A stretch of 64,000 bases of DNA, taken from the NCBI GenBank assembly GCA_041674265.1, contig JBAYWC010000002.1, positions 8,380 through 72,379 of the forward strand, written 5' to 3'. This DNA comes from Terrimicrobiaceae bacterium (GTDB lineage: Bacteria; Verrucomicrobiota; Verrucomicrobiia; Chthoniobacterales; Terrimicrobiaceae). Positions 27,299 to 39,374 of the stretch are shown here, one piece after another. Below the pieces are notes generated by a model. It was not told where the DNA came from and ran no database searches. It saw nothing but the letters and a program-made list of their open reading frames with translations. A program made the position numbers and the translations under genes. Numbering within the stretch: position 1 is the first letter of the stretch; the number at the start of each line of letters is the position of its first letter.

Positions 27299-28771
27299 GT
27301 GCCGGTGAGCATTCTTCTGACCCGCGCACAGATGATCGATGCCGAACGGACGGCATTTGCAGCGGGGGTCGATCCTTCCGCGCTCATGGAGTCCGCGGGA
27401 AGGCAGATGGCGGGTTTCGTCCGCCAGAACCATCCGTGTCCCGGTCTCTGCAGGGTCTTTGCGGGCAAAGGGCACAATGGGGGCGATGCGCTCGTTGCGG
27501 CCCGCCACCTGGCCGCCGCGGGCTGGGGCGTGGAAACCGTTCTTCCCGAGTCCCCGTTGGCATCCCTCACGGAATCGCAGCTCAGGCGACTGGATGGAAC
27601 CGGCTCGCAGGGAGAGGGGAGACCGCTGGTTGTCCTCGACGGGCTGCTGGGGATCGGGGCGAAGGGAAATCCGCGGGCTCGCACCGCATCGGGGATTCGT
27701 GAGATCAACCGCCTGCGGAAGAATTTCGGGGCCTGGGTGTTGGCGGCCGATCTGCCAAGCGGTCTCGATGCGGATACCGGCATGCCGGGAGAGCCCTGTG
27801 TGCAGGCGGATGCCACGATGGCGATGGGGTTTGCCAAGGCCGGTCTTCTTGCCGATCAGGCGGTGAATTTTGTGGGGCGTCTTGCCATCGCGCCTCTCGA
27901 AGGACTCGCTGTGCCGGATTCCGCGAGGGACGCCCCGCAGGTGATCGTGCCAGAGAGGCTTCGCCCGCACCTGCCGCCGCGTGTCTTCGATACCCACAAG
28001 GGAATGGCCGGACGGGTGGCCATTGTGGCGGGCTCCGCAGGCTTCTCCGGTGCCGCGCGCCTGTGTTCCGCGGCGGCTGTCGCCGGTGGCGCCGGTCTCA
28101 TCACGCTCTTTGCCAAGAAGGATGTCTATCCGCTCCTTGCCGCGGCGGTCGTTCCCGAGGTGATGGTCCGGCAGGTGGAGTCTTATCGGGAAGTGCTCCG
28201 GGACCGATGGGATGCGATCGCCATCGGGCCCGGACTCTCGACCCGTTGTTCCGGGGAGATTCTTTCGATCGTCCAAGGGGCGCCCCCTCCATGTGTCGTC
28301 GATGCCGACGCCCTGAATGCCGTGTCGGAATCACCCGGGGTCCTGGGCGACTGCGCCGGCCCGAGACTCCTCACCCCACACCCCGGCGAAATGGAAAGGC
28401 TCTCGCCTTGCCGGGGGCGGACCCGGCTTCAATGGATGCAGGAGTTTGTCCATCGATACCCGGTGACCCTGCTCCTGAAAGGCGCGCGCACGATCATCGG
28501 CCGGGCAAACCGGCCCGCCTCCTACAACACGACGGGAAATCCGGGCATGGGGAGCGGCGGGATGGGCGATGCGCTCACCGGGATCACGGCCTCTCTCCTG
28601 GCGCAGGGGCTCGATCCGTATGATGCCGCGATGGTTGGAGCGTGGGTCTGCGGCCGATCGGCGGAAATCGCGCTCGCCTCGGGCGGAGAATCCCAGGAAT
28701 CCCTCCGCGCAAGCCATGTGGTCCGGCATGCCGGACGGGCATTCCAAGGGTTGCGTGGCGGAGATCTCTGA
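27299..28771 (+). CDS. nnr: bifunctional NAD(P)H-hydrate repair enzyme (epimerase/ADP-dependent dehydratase)
   Basis: GKGHNGGDALVAARHL in the YjeF-N domain; HKGMAGRVAIVAGS and GNPGMGSGGMGDALTG in the carbohydrate-kinase domain. GTG start. Confidence 0.85.
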   Translation: MPVSILLTRAQMIDAERTAFAAGVDPSALMESAGRQMAGFVRQNHPCPGLCRVFAGKGHNGGDALVAARHLAAAGWGVETVLPESPLASLTESQLRRLDGTGSQGEGRPLVVLDGLLGIGAKGNPRARTASGIREINRLRKNFGAWVLAADLPSGLDADTGMPGEPCVQADATMAMGFAKAGLLADQAVNFVGRLAIAPLEGLAVPDSARDAPQVIVPERLRPHLPPRVFDTHKGMAGRVAIVAGSAGFSGAARLCSAAAVAGGAGLITLFAKKDVYPLLAAAVVPEVMVRQVESYREVLRDRWDAIAIGPGLSTRCSGEILSIVQGAPPPCVVDADALNAVSESPGVLGDCAGPRLLTPHPGEMERLSPCRGRTRLQWMQEFVHRYPVTLLLKGARTIIGRANRPASYNTTGNPGMGSGGMGDALTGITASLLAQGLDPYDAAMVGAWVCGRSAEIALASGGESQESLRASHVVRHAGRAFQGLRGGDL

Positions 28772-28839
28772 CTTCCTCCCGGCAGGCGGACGGAAATATC
28801 GCGCTCCCGTTGAGGGCGCGTCCGATGAAAAAATCAGCC

Positions 28840-28867
28840 TTGTTTGCCGGTGGGAAAGCGATATTGT
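28840..28867 (+). promoter_or_regulatory. candidate sigma70-type promoter for tRNA(CAU)-rpsT
   Basis: TTGTTT, a 16-nt spacer, then TATTGT, ending ~11 nt before the tRNA 5' end. Confidence 0.3.
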
Positions 28868-28878
28868 CCCATCCCCAC

Positions 28879-28953
28879 GCCAGGGTAGCTCAGCGGTAGA
28901 GCAGGGGACTCATAAGCCCTTGGTCGGGAGTTCGATTCTCCCCTCTGGCACCA
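28879..28953 (+). tRNA. tRNA with anticodon CAU (Met or lysidine-modified Ile2), CCA encoded
   Basis: Cloverleaf folded by hand. Acceptor GCCAGGG/CTCTGGC, D arm GCTC-AGCGGTA-GAGC, anticodon loop CTCATAA, T arm GGGAG-TTCGATT-CTCCC. The body resembles E. coli ileX (GAGCAGGCGACTCATAATCGCTTGGTCG). Confidence 0.85.
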
Positions 28954-28963
28954 ACAACTATTT

Positions 28964-29227
28964 ATGGCCAATACCAAATCTGCAGCAAAGAGCGCCCGCC
29001 AAAGCGTGCGCCGACGCGAAATCAACGCCGGTGTGATCACCGGGCTCAAGACCGAACAGAAAAAGTTCCGCGCAGCCATCGCCGGGGGGGCGGACGCCGC
29101 GCGCGCGGAGTTCGTCAAGCTGACGTCCGCCCTCGACAAAGCCGCCAAGCGCGGGATCATCCACAGCAATGTGGCCGATCGCAGGAAGGGCCGCTTGAAC
29201 AAGGCGCTCGCCAAAGCGAAAGCCTGA
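28964..29227 (+). CDS. rpsT: 30S ribosomal protein S20
   Basis: MANTKSAAKSARQSVRRREIN... Starts 10 nt after the tRNA CCA end. Confidence 0.9.
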   Translation: MANTKSAAKSARQSVRRREINAGVITGLKTEQKKFRAAIAGGADAARAEFVKLTSALDKAAKRGIIHSNVADRRKGRLNKALAKAKA

Positions 29228-29230
29228 AGC

Positions 29231-32200
29231 TCAGGAATCCGAGATGATCGATGCCAGGCGTTTGACCGCCGGGTAGGCGAGCATTTCCCCCCAGGCGCAT
29301 TTGACCGGCTCGATGCGGGCCGGGGGAAGGATCGCGAGCCATGCGGCGGCAGAGTCCGGCGGGAAGTCCGAGGGGATGATGATCCGGGGACTGAGGTCGC
29401 AGGGCACGAAGCGGTATCGCCGCCATGCCTCCTCATGGGTTTTTGCGGGTTCTCCAATGGAGGGGAATGGTTCCAGTCGGTCTTCCGGGTTCCAGCGTTT
29501 GAAGACATTTTTCATCGAAGACAGCCATCCGGAGGGTTTTTCGGTTTGGGGAGGCGGTGTGCCGATGAGGACGAGGCCGGGGATGCGGCGCTTGGCGGCC
29601 GCGAGCTGGCGGGCCATCTCCAGGGCGGCAATCCCGCCATAGCCGAACCCGCACAAGCCAAACGACAGGGACGGATCTTCCTCCGCGAGCGCGTCGATCC
29701 ATGCCGCTGCGGCGCTCTCGACAGTCGTGTGGCAGGCTTCCGGATCGCAGGCTCCGCGGGCGGTCAGCCCGAGGATGCGGCGACCGTTTCCCAGCGCGGA
29801 AACGAAATCGCGGTAAGTCCCGGTGACTCCCGAGGCCGTGGGCACGAGCACCAGTGGCGGGGAGGTTCCCTCTTTTTGAAGGACGCTGACCGGAGTCCAG
29901 GGGATCGCCGGGCGCGGCTGTTCGCTGGGAATGGCTTGGGGAGCCTTGTGCGTGGCGGGCGGTTCCGGTCTGGGGAGTGCGGACTCGTCGATCCAGCCGC
30001 CGCGGGTCAGCGGCCATTCCGCAACGGAGAGCGCGCCATCCACGGGGCCGGACGAGAGGGCCCAGGTTTGCCCGCCCGTCAGACAGTCCACGACGCCGGG
30101 AAGCGAGCGGAGCCGGAGGGATGCCGGTGACAAGTCGGGAAACCGGCTGGCCGGGCCTTCCAGTTGGAAGACCCCCTTTCCATTGCGCCATGCCCGCAAT
30201 CCGGTCTCGACGCCCTTTCGACCACGGGGTTGGGAAATTTTTTTCCAGCCGGGGAACTTCATCCACAGCGAGCCCGAAAATCCCGGCGGAACATCCAATC
30301 CGTCCTCGTCGCAAATCGAGGCTTCCACATCCGGAGTGGGCTTTCCGACCATGAGCAGGGGACCCTCCGCGGCGGCATCGCCCGCAAGTCCCAGCCCGCA
30401 GAGTCCGGCGGGGCTGAAAAAGGAAATCGTCCCCACGCTTTCGCCCGTGCAGCGATTCCAAATATCCAGCGCGGATGTCGAAGCCGTCCCGCATTCAACG
30501 GCAATGATCCGGGGAGGAATCGGAACTTGATCCCCTCCCCGGGACCAGCGCGCGGCCTGGTTGTTCCACTCCGGAGCCGTGAGGCGGAGGTGCGTGACAT
30601 TGCAGGAGACCGGATCCAGCACATCGTCGTCCGCCACCCGGACGGTCCCGCCGGCCAGGATCGGCAACAGCCACTCATCAAAGAAGGCGCCGCCGCCCGG
30701 CGCGGAGTGTGCCAGGAAGGAATCGGAGGGGCCGAAATCGAGGATCCGCGCGCCCTCGATGGCCGCGGTCACGAGCAATTCGTGGGTGAGGGCGCGGATT
30801 GGGGGCGGCGCGCCGTCGGCATGCCCCGGAAGGATGGCCGCGGGGGATTCCGGAGTGATTTCCGGGCTCGGGATTTCGCTCGTTTCCAAATGGTCCCATT
30901 CCTGATCCAGGACAATCCGTTTTCGCGTGGAGGCGTCGAGAAGTGGAGCACTGGCGGCATCGCACATGACAACACCCGCATCGTGGGAGGTGAGCATGGA
31001 CTCGATCCATTCCGGGGGGGCGGCCGGATCCAGGGCCAGGCAGGAATTTCCGGCCTTCCAGGAGCCGATGAGGGCGATGGCAATCCATGATGACGGGGAG
31101 AGAAACAGGGCCACATGCCATCCTCCGGCGAGCGAGGCCTGCGCGAGATGGGCGGCGAGGCGGTCGGACAGGGAGTCCAGCTCGGCATACGTGAGCTCGT
31201 AGTCCCCATCGCGGACCGCCACATTTTTCGGGGATTTTTCCACCGCGATCCGGAATGCCGCGAGTATGTTCTTCGGGCGCTCCAGGCCCTCGGGCCCGCG
31301 CGACCACTCCTTCAGGATTCGCGTTTCCTGGGGAAGGAGCAGCGGGATCTGGCCGACCGGCTTGCTTTCCAGCGAATCCAGCGATCCCATCAACCCGACC
31401 AGACGCGCGAGAAGATCGCGGCCGAGAGATTCGCTGCCAACCGGCCCATGAATTTGCAGGGAGAGTTGCGTTCCGTCGCGCACTTCGAGAAGCAGAAGAT
31501 CCGGGCGGGATCGTTGGAGCCTCGCATCAAAATTGATCCATCGGGGCAGGGCCGTTTGGATGAGATCCCGGACTTCGGGGCCGCGCCATGCGAACCCCAC
31601 CCCAAGGCTGTCGATTGTCAGGGTGGTTGGGGACGCCGTCAGGGCCGAGGCCGGCGAAATCCACGCATTGTCCGAGATGGCATCGCAGGCTTGTTGGGCA
31701 TCCCGGAGCCAATCTTTCGCATCCCAGCGATGCGCCACGGGCAGCCAGTTCTCAAAAAAGCCGGCTTCGCCGGGACTGCGGCGCGCATCGAAAAGCCCGA
31801 GCGTCACATTTCCCGTGGCTCCCAGACGGCGCAGCAGGAGTGCCCACAGGGAGTGGAAAACCACACCCGGATCCAAAGACTTCGCCTTGCAGGAGCCCAG
31901 GAACGCGCGGGATTCATCCCGTCCGACGGATAGCGCCGCGCTGATGGAATCAGGGGCCTGCGGTCTGGGGCGCAGGAGCAGCGGCGCATCGGCAAGCTTC
32001 AGGATCTCCGTCCATGCCGCGGTGGTGGCCAGCGGGGCCGGCGTTTCCGCGGGCATGGCCGGCGGACGCTCGAGAGCCACCAGCCAGTCGAGGAGCACCC
32101 TGGCAATGGAGGGCTCGTCGACGAGATACGAGGGCACGGTGAGCAGATAATGCGACGCTCCCTCCGGCAGGAGGATTTCCGCGATCCTGACCAACGCATC

Positions 32201-32530
32201 GGGATCGAACGGTCCGGCGAGGTCGGATTTTTGGAACTCCGCCCATTTGTCCGGAATCTCCCCGAGCGCCAGTGCCTTCCAGTCGAGTTCCCGCCAGGTG
32301 GTTTTTGCTGCCGGGGAATCCTGAAGCGTGACGTCCCCGACGGTGGAACGGGAGAACCGGGACCGGAGGACGGGATGAGTCGCGCAAACCACCTCCCATG
32401 CCGCGCGCAACGCTCCGGAATCCATCCGCTCGCCGAAACTGATCGAGACTTGGGTGTGGTGGTTCCCTGTGCCGGTTCGCTCGCGGAGGAACGCTGCCGC
32501 CTGCATGGGGTTGGCTGCACGCTCGTTCAT
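29231..32530 (-). CDS. NRPS-like protein (condensation-like, adenylation-like, thioesterase-like; no carrier domain seen) with degenerate catalytic motifs
   Basis: Start set at MNERAANPMQ (ATG at 32530). Fold-level landmarks are present: THPVLRSRF (C2), LTYAELD (A1), WKAGNSCLALD (A2) and a TE-like C-terminus. The key catalytic motifs are altered (see finding). Confidence 0.7.
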   Translation of the reverse strand: MNERAANPMQAAAFLRERTGTGNHHTQVSISFGERMDSGALRAAWEVVCATHPVLRSRFSRSTVGDVTLQDSPAAKTTWRELDWKALALGEIPDKWAEFQKSDLAGPFDPDALVRIAEILLPEGASHYLLTVPSYLVDEPSIARVLLDWLVALERPPAMPAETPAPLATTAAWTEILKLADAPLLLRPRPQAPDSISAALSVGRDESRAFLGSCKAKSLDPGVVFHSLWALLLRRLGATGNVTLGLFDARRSPGEAGFFENWLPVAHRWDAKDWLRDAQQACDAISDNAWISPASALTASPTTLTIDSLGVGFAWRGPEVRDLIQTALPRWINFDARLQRSRPDLLLLEVRDGTQLSLQIHGPVGSESLGRDLLARLVGLMGSLDSLESKPVGQIPLLLPQETRILKEWSRGPEGLERPKNILAAFRIAVEKSPKNVAVRDGDYELTYAELDSLSDRLAAHLAQASLAGGWHVALFLSPSSWIAIALIGSWKAGNSCLALDPAAPPEWIESMLTSHDAGVVMCDAASAPLLDASTRKRIVLDQEWDHLETSEIPSPEITPESPAAILPGHADGAPPPIRALTHELLVTAAIEGARILDFGPSDSFLAHSAPGGGAFFDEWLLPILAGGTVRVADDDVLDPVSCNVTHLRLTAPEWNNQAARWSRGGDQVPIPPRIIAVECGTASTSALDIWNRCTGESVGTISFFSPAGLCGLGLAGDAAAEGPLLMVGKPTPDVEASICDEDGLDVPPGFSGSLWMKFPGWKKISQPRGRKGVETGLRAWRNGKGVFQLEGPASRFPDLSPASLRLRSLPGVVDCLTGGQTWALSSGPVDGALSVAEWPLTRGGWIDESALPRPEPPATHKAPQAIPSEQPRPAIPWTPVSVLQKEGTSPPLVLVPTASGVTGTYRDFVSALGNGRRILGLTARGACDPEACHTTVESAAAAWIDALAEEDPSLSFGLCGFGYGGIAALEMARQLAAAKRRIPGLVLIGTPPPQTEKPSGWLSSMKNVFKRWNPEDRLEPFPSIGEPAKTHEEAWRRYRFVPCDLSPRIIIPSDFPPDSAAAWLAILPPARIEPVKCAWGEMLAYPAVKRLASIISDS

Positions 32531-32538
32531 GTCATTCC

Positions 32539-34236
32539 CTAGAGTCCCAAGTCGGTAACAGCTCCCAGGGAGGCTGTCGAGACATGGGAAGCATATTTGG
32601 CAAGAACGCCGCGGCGATAGCGGGGCTTCGGTTTTTTCCAAGCCGCCAGCCGCGCCGCGATCTCGCTGGCGGGGAGATCGAGGGAAAGTTTGCGTGCGGG
32701 CGCGTCGATGGTGACCGTGTCTCCTTCGCGGACGATGGCGAGAGGCCCCCCTTCGAAGGCTTCCGGAGTGATGTGGCCGACGACAAATCCATGCGTGCCT
32801 CCGGAGAATCGCCCATCGGTGATAAGCGCGACATCCTTGCCGAGACCGCGTCCCATCACGGCGCTCGTGGGCGAGAGCATTTCGCGCATGCCCGGGCCGC
32901 CGCGGGGTCCCTCGTAGCGGACCACAATCACGTCGCCCTTCCGGATTTTTCCGTCGAGGATCGCGGCGAGCGCCTTTTCCTCGGATTCGAACACGCGGGC
33001 CTTGCCGCGGAACCTTTCGCCTTCCTTGCCCGAGATTTTCGCGACCGCGCCTTCGGGGGCGAGGTTGCCGCGAAGGATCACGAGGTGGCTTTCCTTTTTG
33101 ATCGGGTTCTTGAGCGGGGCGATGATCTGCTGGTTTTTGGGATAGGGTTTGAAGGCGGCGAGATTCTGTTTGAGGGTTTTTCCCGTGACGGTGAGGCACC
33201 CGCCGTGCAGGAGCCCCGCCCCCAGAAGATCTTTCATCATGGGAACGATGCCGCCGATCTCCACCAACTGGGACATGAGGAAGCGCCCGCTGGGTTTCAG
33301 ATCCGCGAGCACCGGAACATTTTTCCCAACGCGGGTGAAATCATCGATCGTGAGCCTCACTCCCGCGGAATGCGCGATGGCGAGGAGGTGGAGAACGGAA
33401 TTCGTCGAGCCGCCGAGCGCGATCGTCACGGCGATGGCGTTCTCGAACGCCTCCCTCGAAAAGATATCCGACGGCCGGATGCCTTTTTTCAAAAGGTTGA
33501 TGACCGCGGCGCCGGCATCGCGGCAATCCCGGGTCTTGTGTCCGGAGATCGCGGCCTGCGCGGAGCTGTTTGGGAGGCTGAATCCCAGGGCTTCGATGGC
33601 GGAGGCCATGGTGTTTGCGGTATACATGCCGCCGCACGACCCCGGACCGGGGATCGCGCAGGATTCGACATCGTGGAGTTCCTTGCTCGATATCTTGTTC
33701 GCCGCCCGCTGGCCGACCGCCTCGAACACCGAGACGACATCCAGGTTTTTTCCGGCGAGGCAGCCGGGGAGGATCGTTCCTCCATAGACGAACACAGCCG
33801 CCCGGTTCATGCGGGCGATGGCGATCAGGCAACCGGGCATGTTTTTGTCGCAACCGCCGATCGCGACAAAGCCGTCGAACCCCTGGCATCCGACGACGGT
33901 TTCAATCGAATCGGCGATCACTTCCCTCGACACGAGCGAATACTTCATCCCCTCGGTTCCCATGGAAATCCCGTCCGAGATGGTGATCGTGTTGAAAATC
34001 GTGGCCTTGCCGCCCGCCGAGTCGATCCCCAGAGCCGATTCGCGGGCGAGCTGATCGATATGCATGTTGCAAGGGGTGACCATGCTCCATGTCGAGGCCA
34101 CGCCGATCTGCGGCTTCGCAAAGTCGCTTTCCTTGTAACCCGCCGGATAAAGCATCGCCCGGCTCGGCGCCCGGCTCAGGCCATCAAGAACGATGGCGGA
34201 ATGCGGGCGAAGCTTGGCGGAGGACTTGGAACTCAT
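32539..34236 (-). CDS. ilvD: dihydroxy-acid dehydratase
   Basis: 565 aa. LRPHSAIVLDGLSRAPSRAMLYPAGY...TPCNMHI and the full IlvD/Edd pattern. Confidence 0.95.
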   Translation of the reverse strand: MSSKSSAKLRPHSAIVLDGLSRAPSRAMLYPAGYKESDFAKPQIGVASTWSMVTPCNMHIDQLARESALGIDSAGGKATIFNTITISDGISMGTEGMKYSLVSREVIADSIETVVGCQGFDGFVAIGGCDKNMPGCLIAIARMNRAAVFVYGGTILPGCLAGKNLDVVSVFEAVGQRAANKISSKELHDVESCAIPGPGSCGGMYTANTMASAIEALGFSLPNSSAQAAISGHKTRDCRDAGAAVINLLKKGIRPSDIFSREAFENAIAVTIALGGSTNSVLHLLAIAHSAGVRLTIDDFTRVGKNVPVLADLKPSGRFLMSQLVEIGGIVPMMKDLLGAGLLHGGCLTVTGKTLKQNLAAFKPYPKNQQIIAPLKNPIKKESHLVILRGNLAPEGAVAKISGKEGERFRGKARVFESEEKALAAILDGKIRKGDVIVVRYEGPRGGPGMREMLSPTSAVMGRGLGKDVALITDGRFSGGTHGFVVGHITPEAFEGGPLAIVREGDTVTIDAPARKLSLDLPASEIAARLAAWKKPKPRYRRGVLAKYASHVSTASLGAVTDLGL

Positions 34237-34470
34237 AAGCCCGGCACTCTAACAGAGCCCGCCCCGTGTCCATCAAGGGCAAAAGGAAACTGAGCAGGAG
34301 ATCAAACCGCAAACGGACGGATAGGCAAGGGGGCGGCTGTGCGCAAATGGCGTGGTCCTGGGGGGTGGTCGAGCATAATCTGGCAGGCCAACTCCTCAAG
34401 CTCCAGGCGCAACGCGAATCAACTGAGACCGAAACGAAGGGGCGTGCCGCCCATGCCTCCCGGCGCCTGC

Positions 34471-34500
34471 ATGATTTGTTTGATCATGATTTGTTTGATC
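34471..34500 (+). repeat. 15-bp perfect tandem duplication ATGATTTGTTTGATC x2
   Basis: AT-rich, contains TGATCA palindromes. Lies in the divergent ilvD / DAHP-synthase intergenic region, 35 nt before the DAHP synthase start. Confidence 0.8.
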
Positions 34501-34534
34501 ATCGGAAGTCGATGCTCTTCACTGATGGCGCGCC

Positions 34535-35551
34535 ATGATTATCGTTCTTCGCCCACATACCCCCAAAGCCGCCATCGATGAGGTCATTGCCGAGGTCGCA
34601 AAACTCGGCTACGAGCCGGCTCCGATTTTCGGGGCCACGCAGACGGTCATCGCGGCCATCGGCGACGAGCGGACCCACCAGAATCTCGAGTCGCTCACCG
34701 CCCTGCCGCAGGTCGAGAGTGTCCTGCGTGTCCAGAAGCGCTACAAGCTCGCGAGCCGCGAATCCCACCCCGCCGATACCGTGGTCGATGTGGACGGCGT
34801 GAAAATCGGCGGCGGACATTTCGCTCTCATGGCGGGGCCGTGCTCGGTCGAGAGCGAGGAGCAACTGCTTTCCACGGCATGGGCCGTCAAGGCGGCCGGA
34901 GCGACGATTCTTCGGGGGGGGGCCTACAAGCCCCGCACCTCGCCCTACGAGTTTCAGGGACTCGGAAAAGAAGGGCTCCGCCTCCTGGAACTCGCCCGCA
35001 AGGAAACCGGCTTGAAAATCATCACCGAGGTCCTCAGCGAGCGCGATGTCGAGCATGTCGCCGCCTCGGCGGACATTCTCCAGATCGGCGCCCGCAACGC
35101 GCAGAATTTTCAGCTCTTGATCGAGTGCGCGAAATCCGGCAAGGCCATCCTTCTCAAGCGCGGGATGAGCGAGAAAATCGAAGAATGGCTGTTGGCGGCC
35201 GAATATATCCTGGCTCATGGAAATCCCAATGTCCTGCTCTGCGAGCGCGGCATCCGGACGTTCGAGACCTACACCCGGAACACCCTCGATCTCGCGGCGG
35301 TCGCCGTCGCCAAAAAAGAATCCCACCTGCCCGTGATCGTGGACCCCAGCCAGGGCTGCGGGCGCTCCGACCTCGTCCTCGCGCTCTGCTGCGGCGCGGT
35401 GGCGCTCAAGGCGGACGGCTTGCTCGTCGAAGTCCACCCGAATCCCGCCGAAGCCATGAGCGACGGCCAGCAGCAGGTCGATTTCTCCTCCTTCCAAGAA
35501 CTCACCGAAATGATCAAACCGTTCCTCGCGGCCGCCGGACGGGCCGGTTGA
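34535..35551 (+). CDS. 3-deoxy-7-phosphoheptulonate (DAHP) synthase, type I-beta with N-terminal regulatory domain
   Basis: MIIVLRPHTPKAAIDEVIAEV... ferredoxin-like N-domain, followed by the GGHFALMAGPCSVESEEQLL catalytic barrel. Confidence 0.9.
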   Translation: MIIVLRPHTPKAAIDEVIAEVAKLGYEPAPIFGATQTVIAAIGDERTHQNLESLTALPQVESVLRVQKRYKLASRESHPADTVVDVDGVKIGGGHFALMAGPCSVESEEQLLSTAWAVKAAGATILRGGAYKPRTSPYEFQGLGKEGLRLLELARKETGLKIITEVLSERDVEHVAASADILQIGARNAQNFQLLIECAKSGKAILLKRGMSEKIEEWLLAAEYILAHGNPNVLLCERGIRTFETYTRNTLDLAAVAVAKKESHLPVIVDPSQGCGRSDLVLALCCGAVALKADGLLVEVHPNPAEAMSDGQQQVDFSSFQELTEMIKPFLAAAGRAG

Positions 35552-35565
35552 GGCCGCAAAAGGAA

Positions 35566-37980
<2,415 letters not shown>

Positions 37981-38330
37981 ACCCGCCCCCCCCCTGGCTG
38001 CGCGAGGAAACGGCCAAGGCCGGGGAGCTCCTTGCCCTGAAGTTTTCCAAGCCGGGTTTCTATCGCAACAGACGAATGGTTCCAATGTGCGAAGCGGATC
38101 GCTCAGATACCGGCTGAGGAAAAAGCCTCCAATTCCGAGAACCAGACAAAGAACAATGCCGGGCGAGATCCAGCGCGCGACATGGCTCTTGCGCCGCTTT
38201 TGCAAAACAGGGCTCTCCGCATCTGAAAATGGGGAGATGATCGGATTCCCTCCGGGGTCGCTTGGTTGGTTGTCCTGCATCGGAGCGTATGCTGAAGGGA
38301 TTTCTGGGCCACTTCGCGCTCAAAGGAACA

Positions 38331-39119
38331 TCACAAGCGACAACCGGCAGCGGACGAATCGGGGCTTTTCCTTTCTCCTGCCGCCAGAAACTTCCGCATG
38401 TCTGCAGGCAACCCGCAGGACCACGTCAGTGGGGCTCCGTTCCATTCCAGCGCCAGTTCCGCCGAGTGGAGGGCATGGCGCGGGAGCAGGAGGCGTTCCG
38501 CGAGCGCGGGGGTCCAGCCGGCGCGGATGAATTCCAGATAGCAGTCGGGCGATGGTCCATAGATCTTGTCGCCGACGACCGGATGGCCGCGATGGGAGAG
38601 ATGAACCCGGATCTGGTGGGTCCTGCCGGTGAGCGGTTCGGCGGAGATCAAGGCGAACCGGCCGTCGTGTCGCCCGATGCGCGACAGGACGCGGAAGCGG
38701 GTCCGCGCCGCGGCTCCAGACGGATGCACGGCGCGCTGGAGGTGGATTTTCGACTCGCCGACCTCGCCGAGACGGAGGATCGGGGCCTCGACCTCGAACT
38801 GGTCTTCCGGCCAGCCGGAGACGATGGCCAGATAGGATTTCTTGATTTTTCCCTCCTGCATGGCCATTGCGGCGGTCCGGGCCGCGCGGGAGGATTTGGC
38901 CACGAGGACGACCCCGCTGGTTTCGCGGTCGAGGCGGTTGATGAGCGAGACCTGGCCGCCGTTCGCGAGCTCGTAGCCCAGGAGATCCCGGAGCCCGTCC
39001 CACAGCGTCCGTGGTCCGCCCGGCTTGGTGGGATGCACCAGCAGTCCGGCCGGCTTGTTCACGCCAAGGAGATCCGGGGTCTCCCCGAGGATCTCGAAGT
39101 CTTCTTGAACGGGATTCAT
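38331..39119 (-). CDS. RluA-family pseudouridine synthase
   Basis: LGVNKPAGLLVHP, catalytic NRLDRETSGVVLVAK, and GRTHQIRVHL. Start set at ATG 39119. Confidence 0.85.
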   Translation of the reverse strand: MNPVQEDFEILGETPDLLGVNKPAGLLVHPTKPGGPRTLWDGLRDLLGYELANGGQVSLINRLDRETSGVVLVAKSSRAARTAAMAMQEGKIKKSYLAIVSGWPEDQFEVEAPILRLGEVGESKIHLQRAVHPSGAAARTRFRVLSRIGRHDGRFALISAEPLTGRTHQIRVHLSHRGHPVVGDKIYGPSPDCYLEFIRAGWTPALAERLLLPRHALHSAELALEWNGAPLTWSCGLPADMRKFLAAGERKSPDSSAAGCRL

Positions 39120-39374
39120 CACATCGCGGCAATGGTGGCGCGTCCAATATGATCCCTTTGCGGAGTGCCCTGCGAACGTATTCTTCGGCGGCCCGAGCGG
39201 GGGAGGGGCGGACTGCTCCTCTCGGGAAAACCCGGCGCACGCCTGAATCCGGCGAATGCCGCGAATTCCTGTCTCCAAACGGGAGGGACGCCCGTTCCCC
39301 TTGGGCTCCGCACCTTTCGGAGAGGCTCCTCCTTTCCGAGGGGCGCCAAAATGGTATTTGACTCCCTTTCATTC

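Noticed and set aside
32531-33199. N-terminal extension of the NRPS-like ORF (track entry 29231-33199) overlapping ilvD.
   Set aside because: The extension reads through ilvD in another frame and is Arg/Pro-rich nonsense. The condensation-domain sequence starts at the internal ATG at 32530, 8 nt after the ilvD stop.
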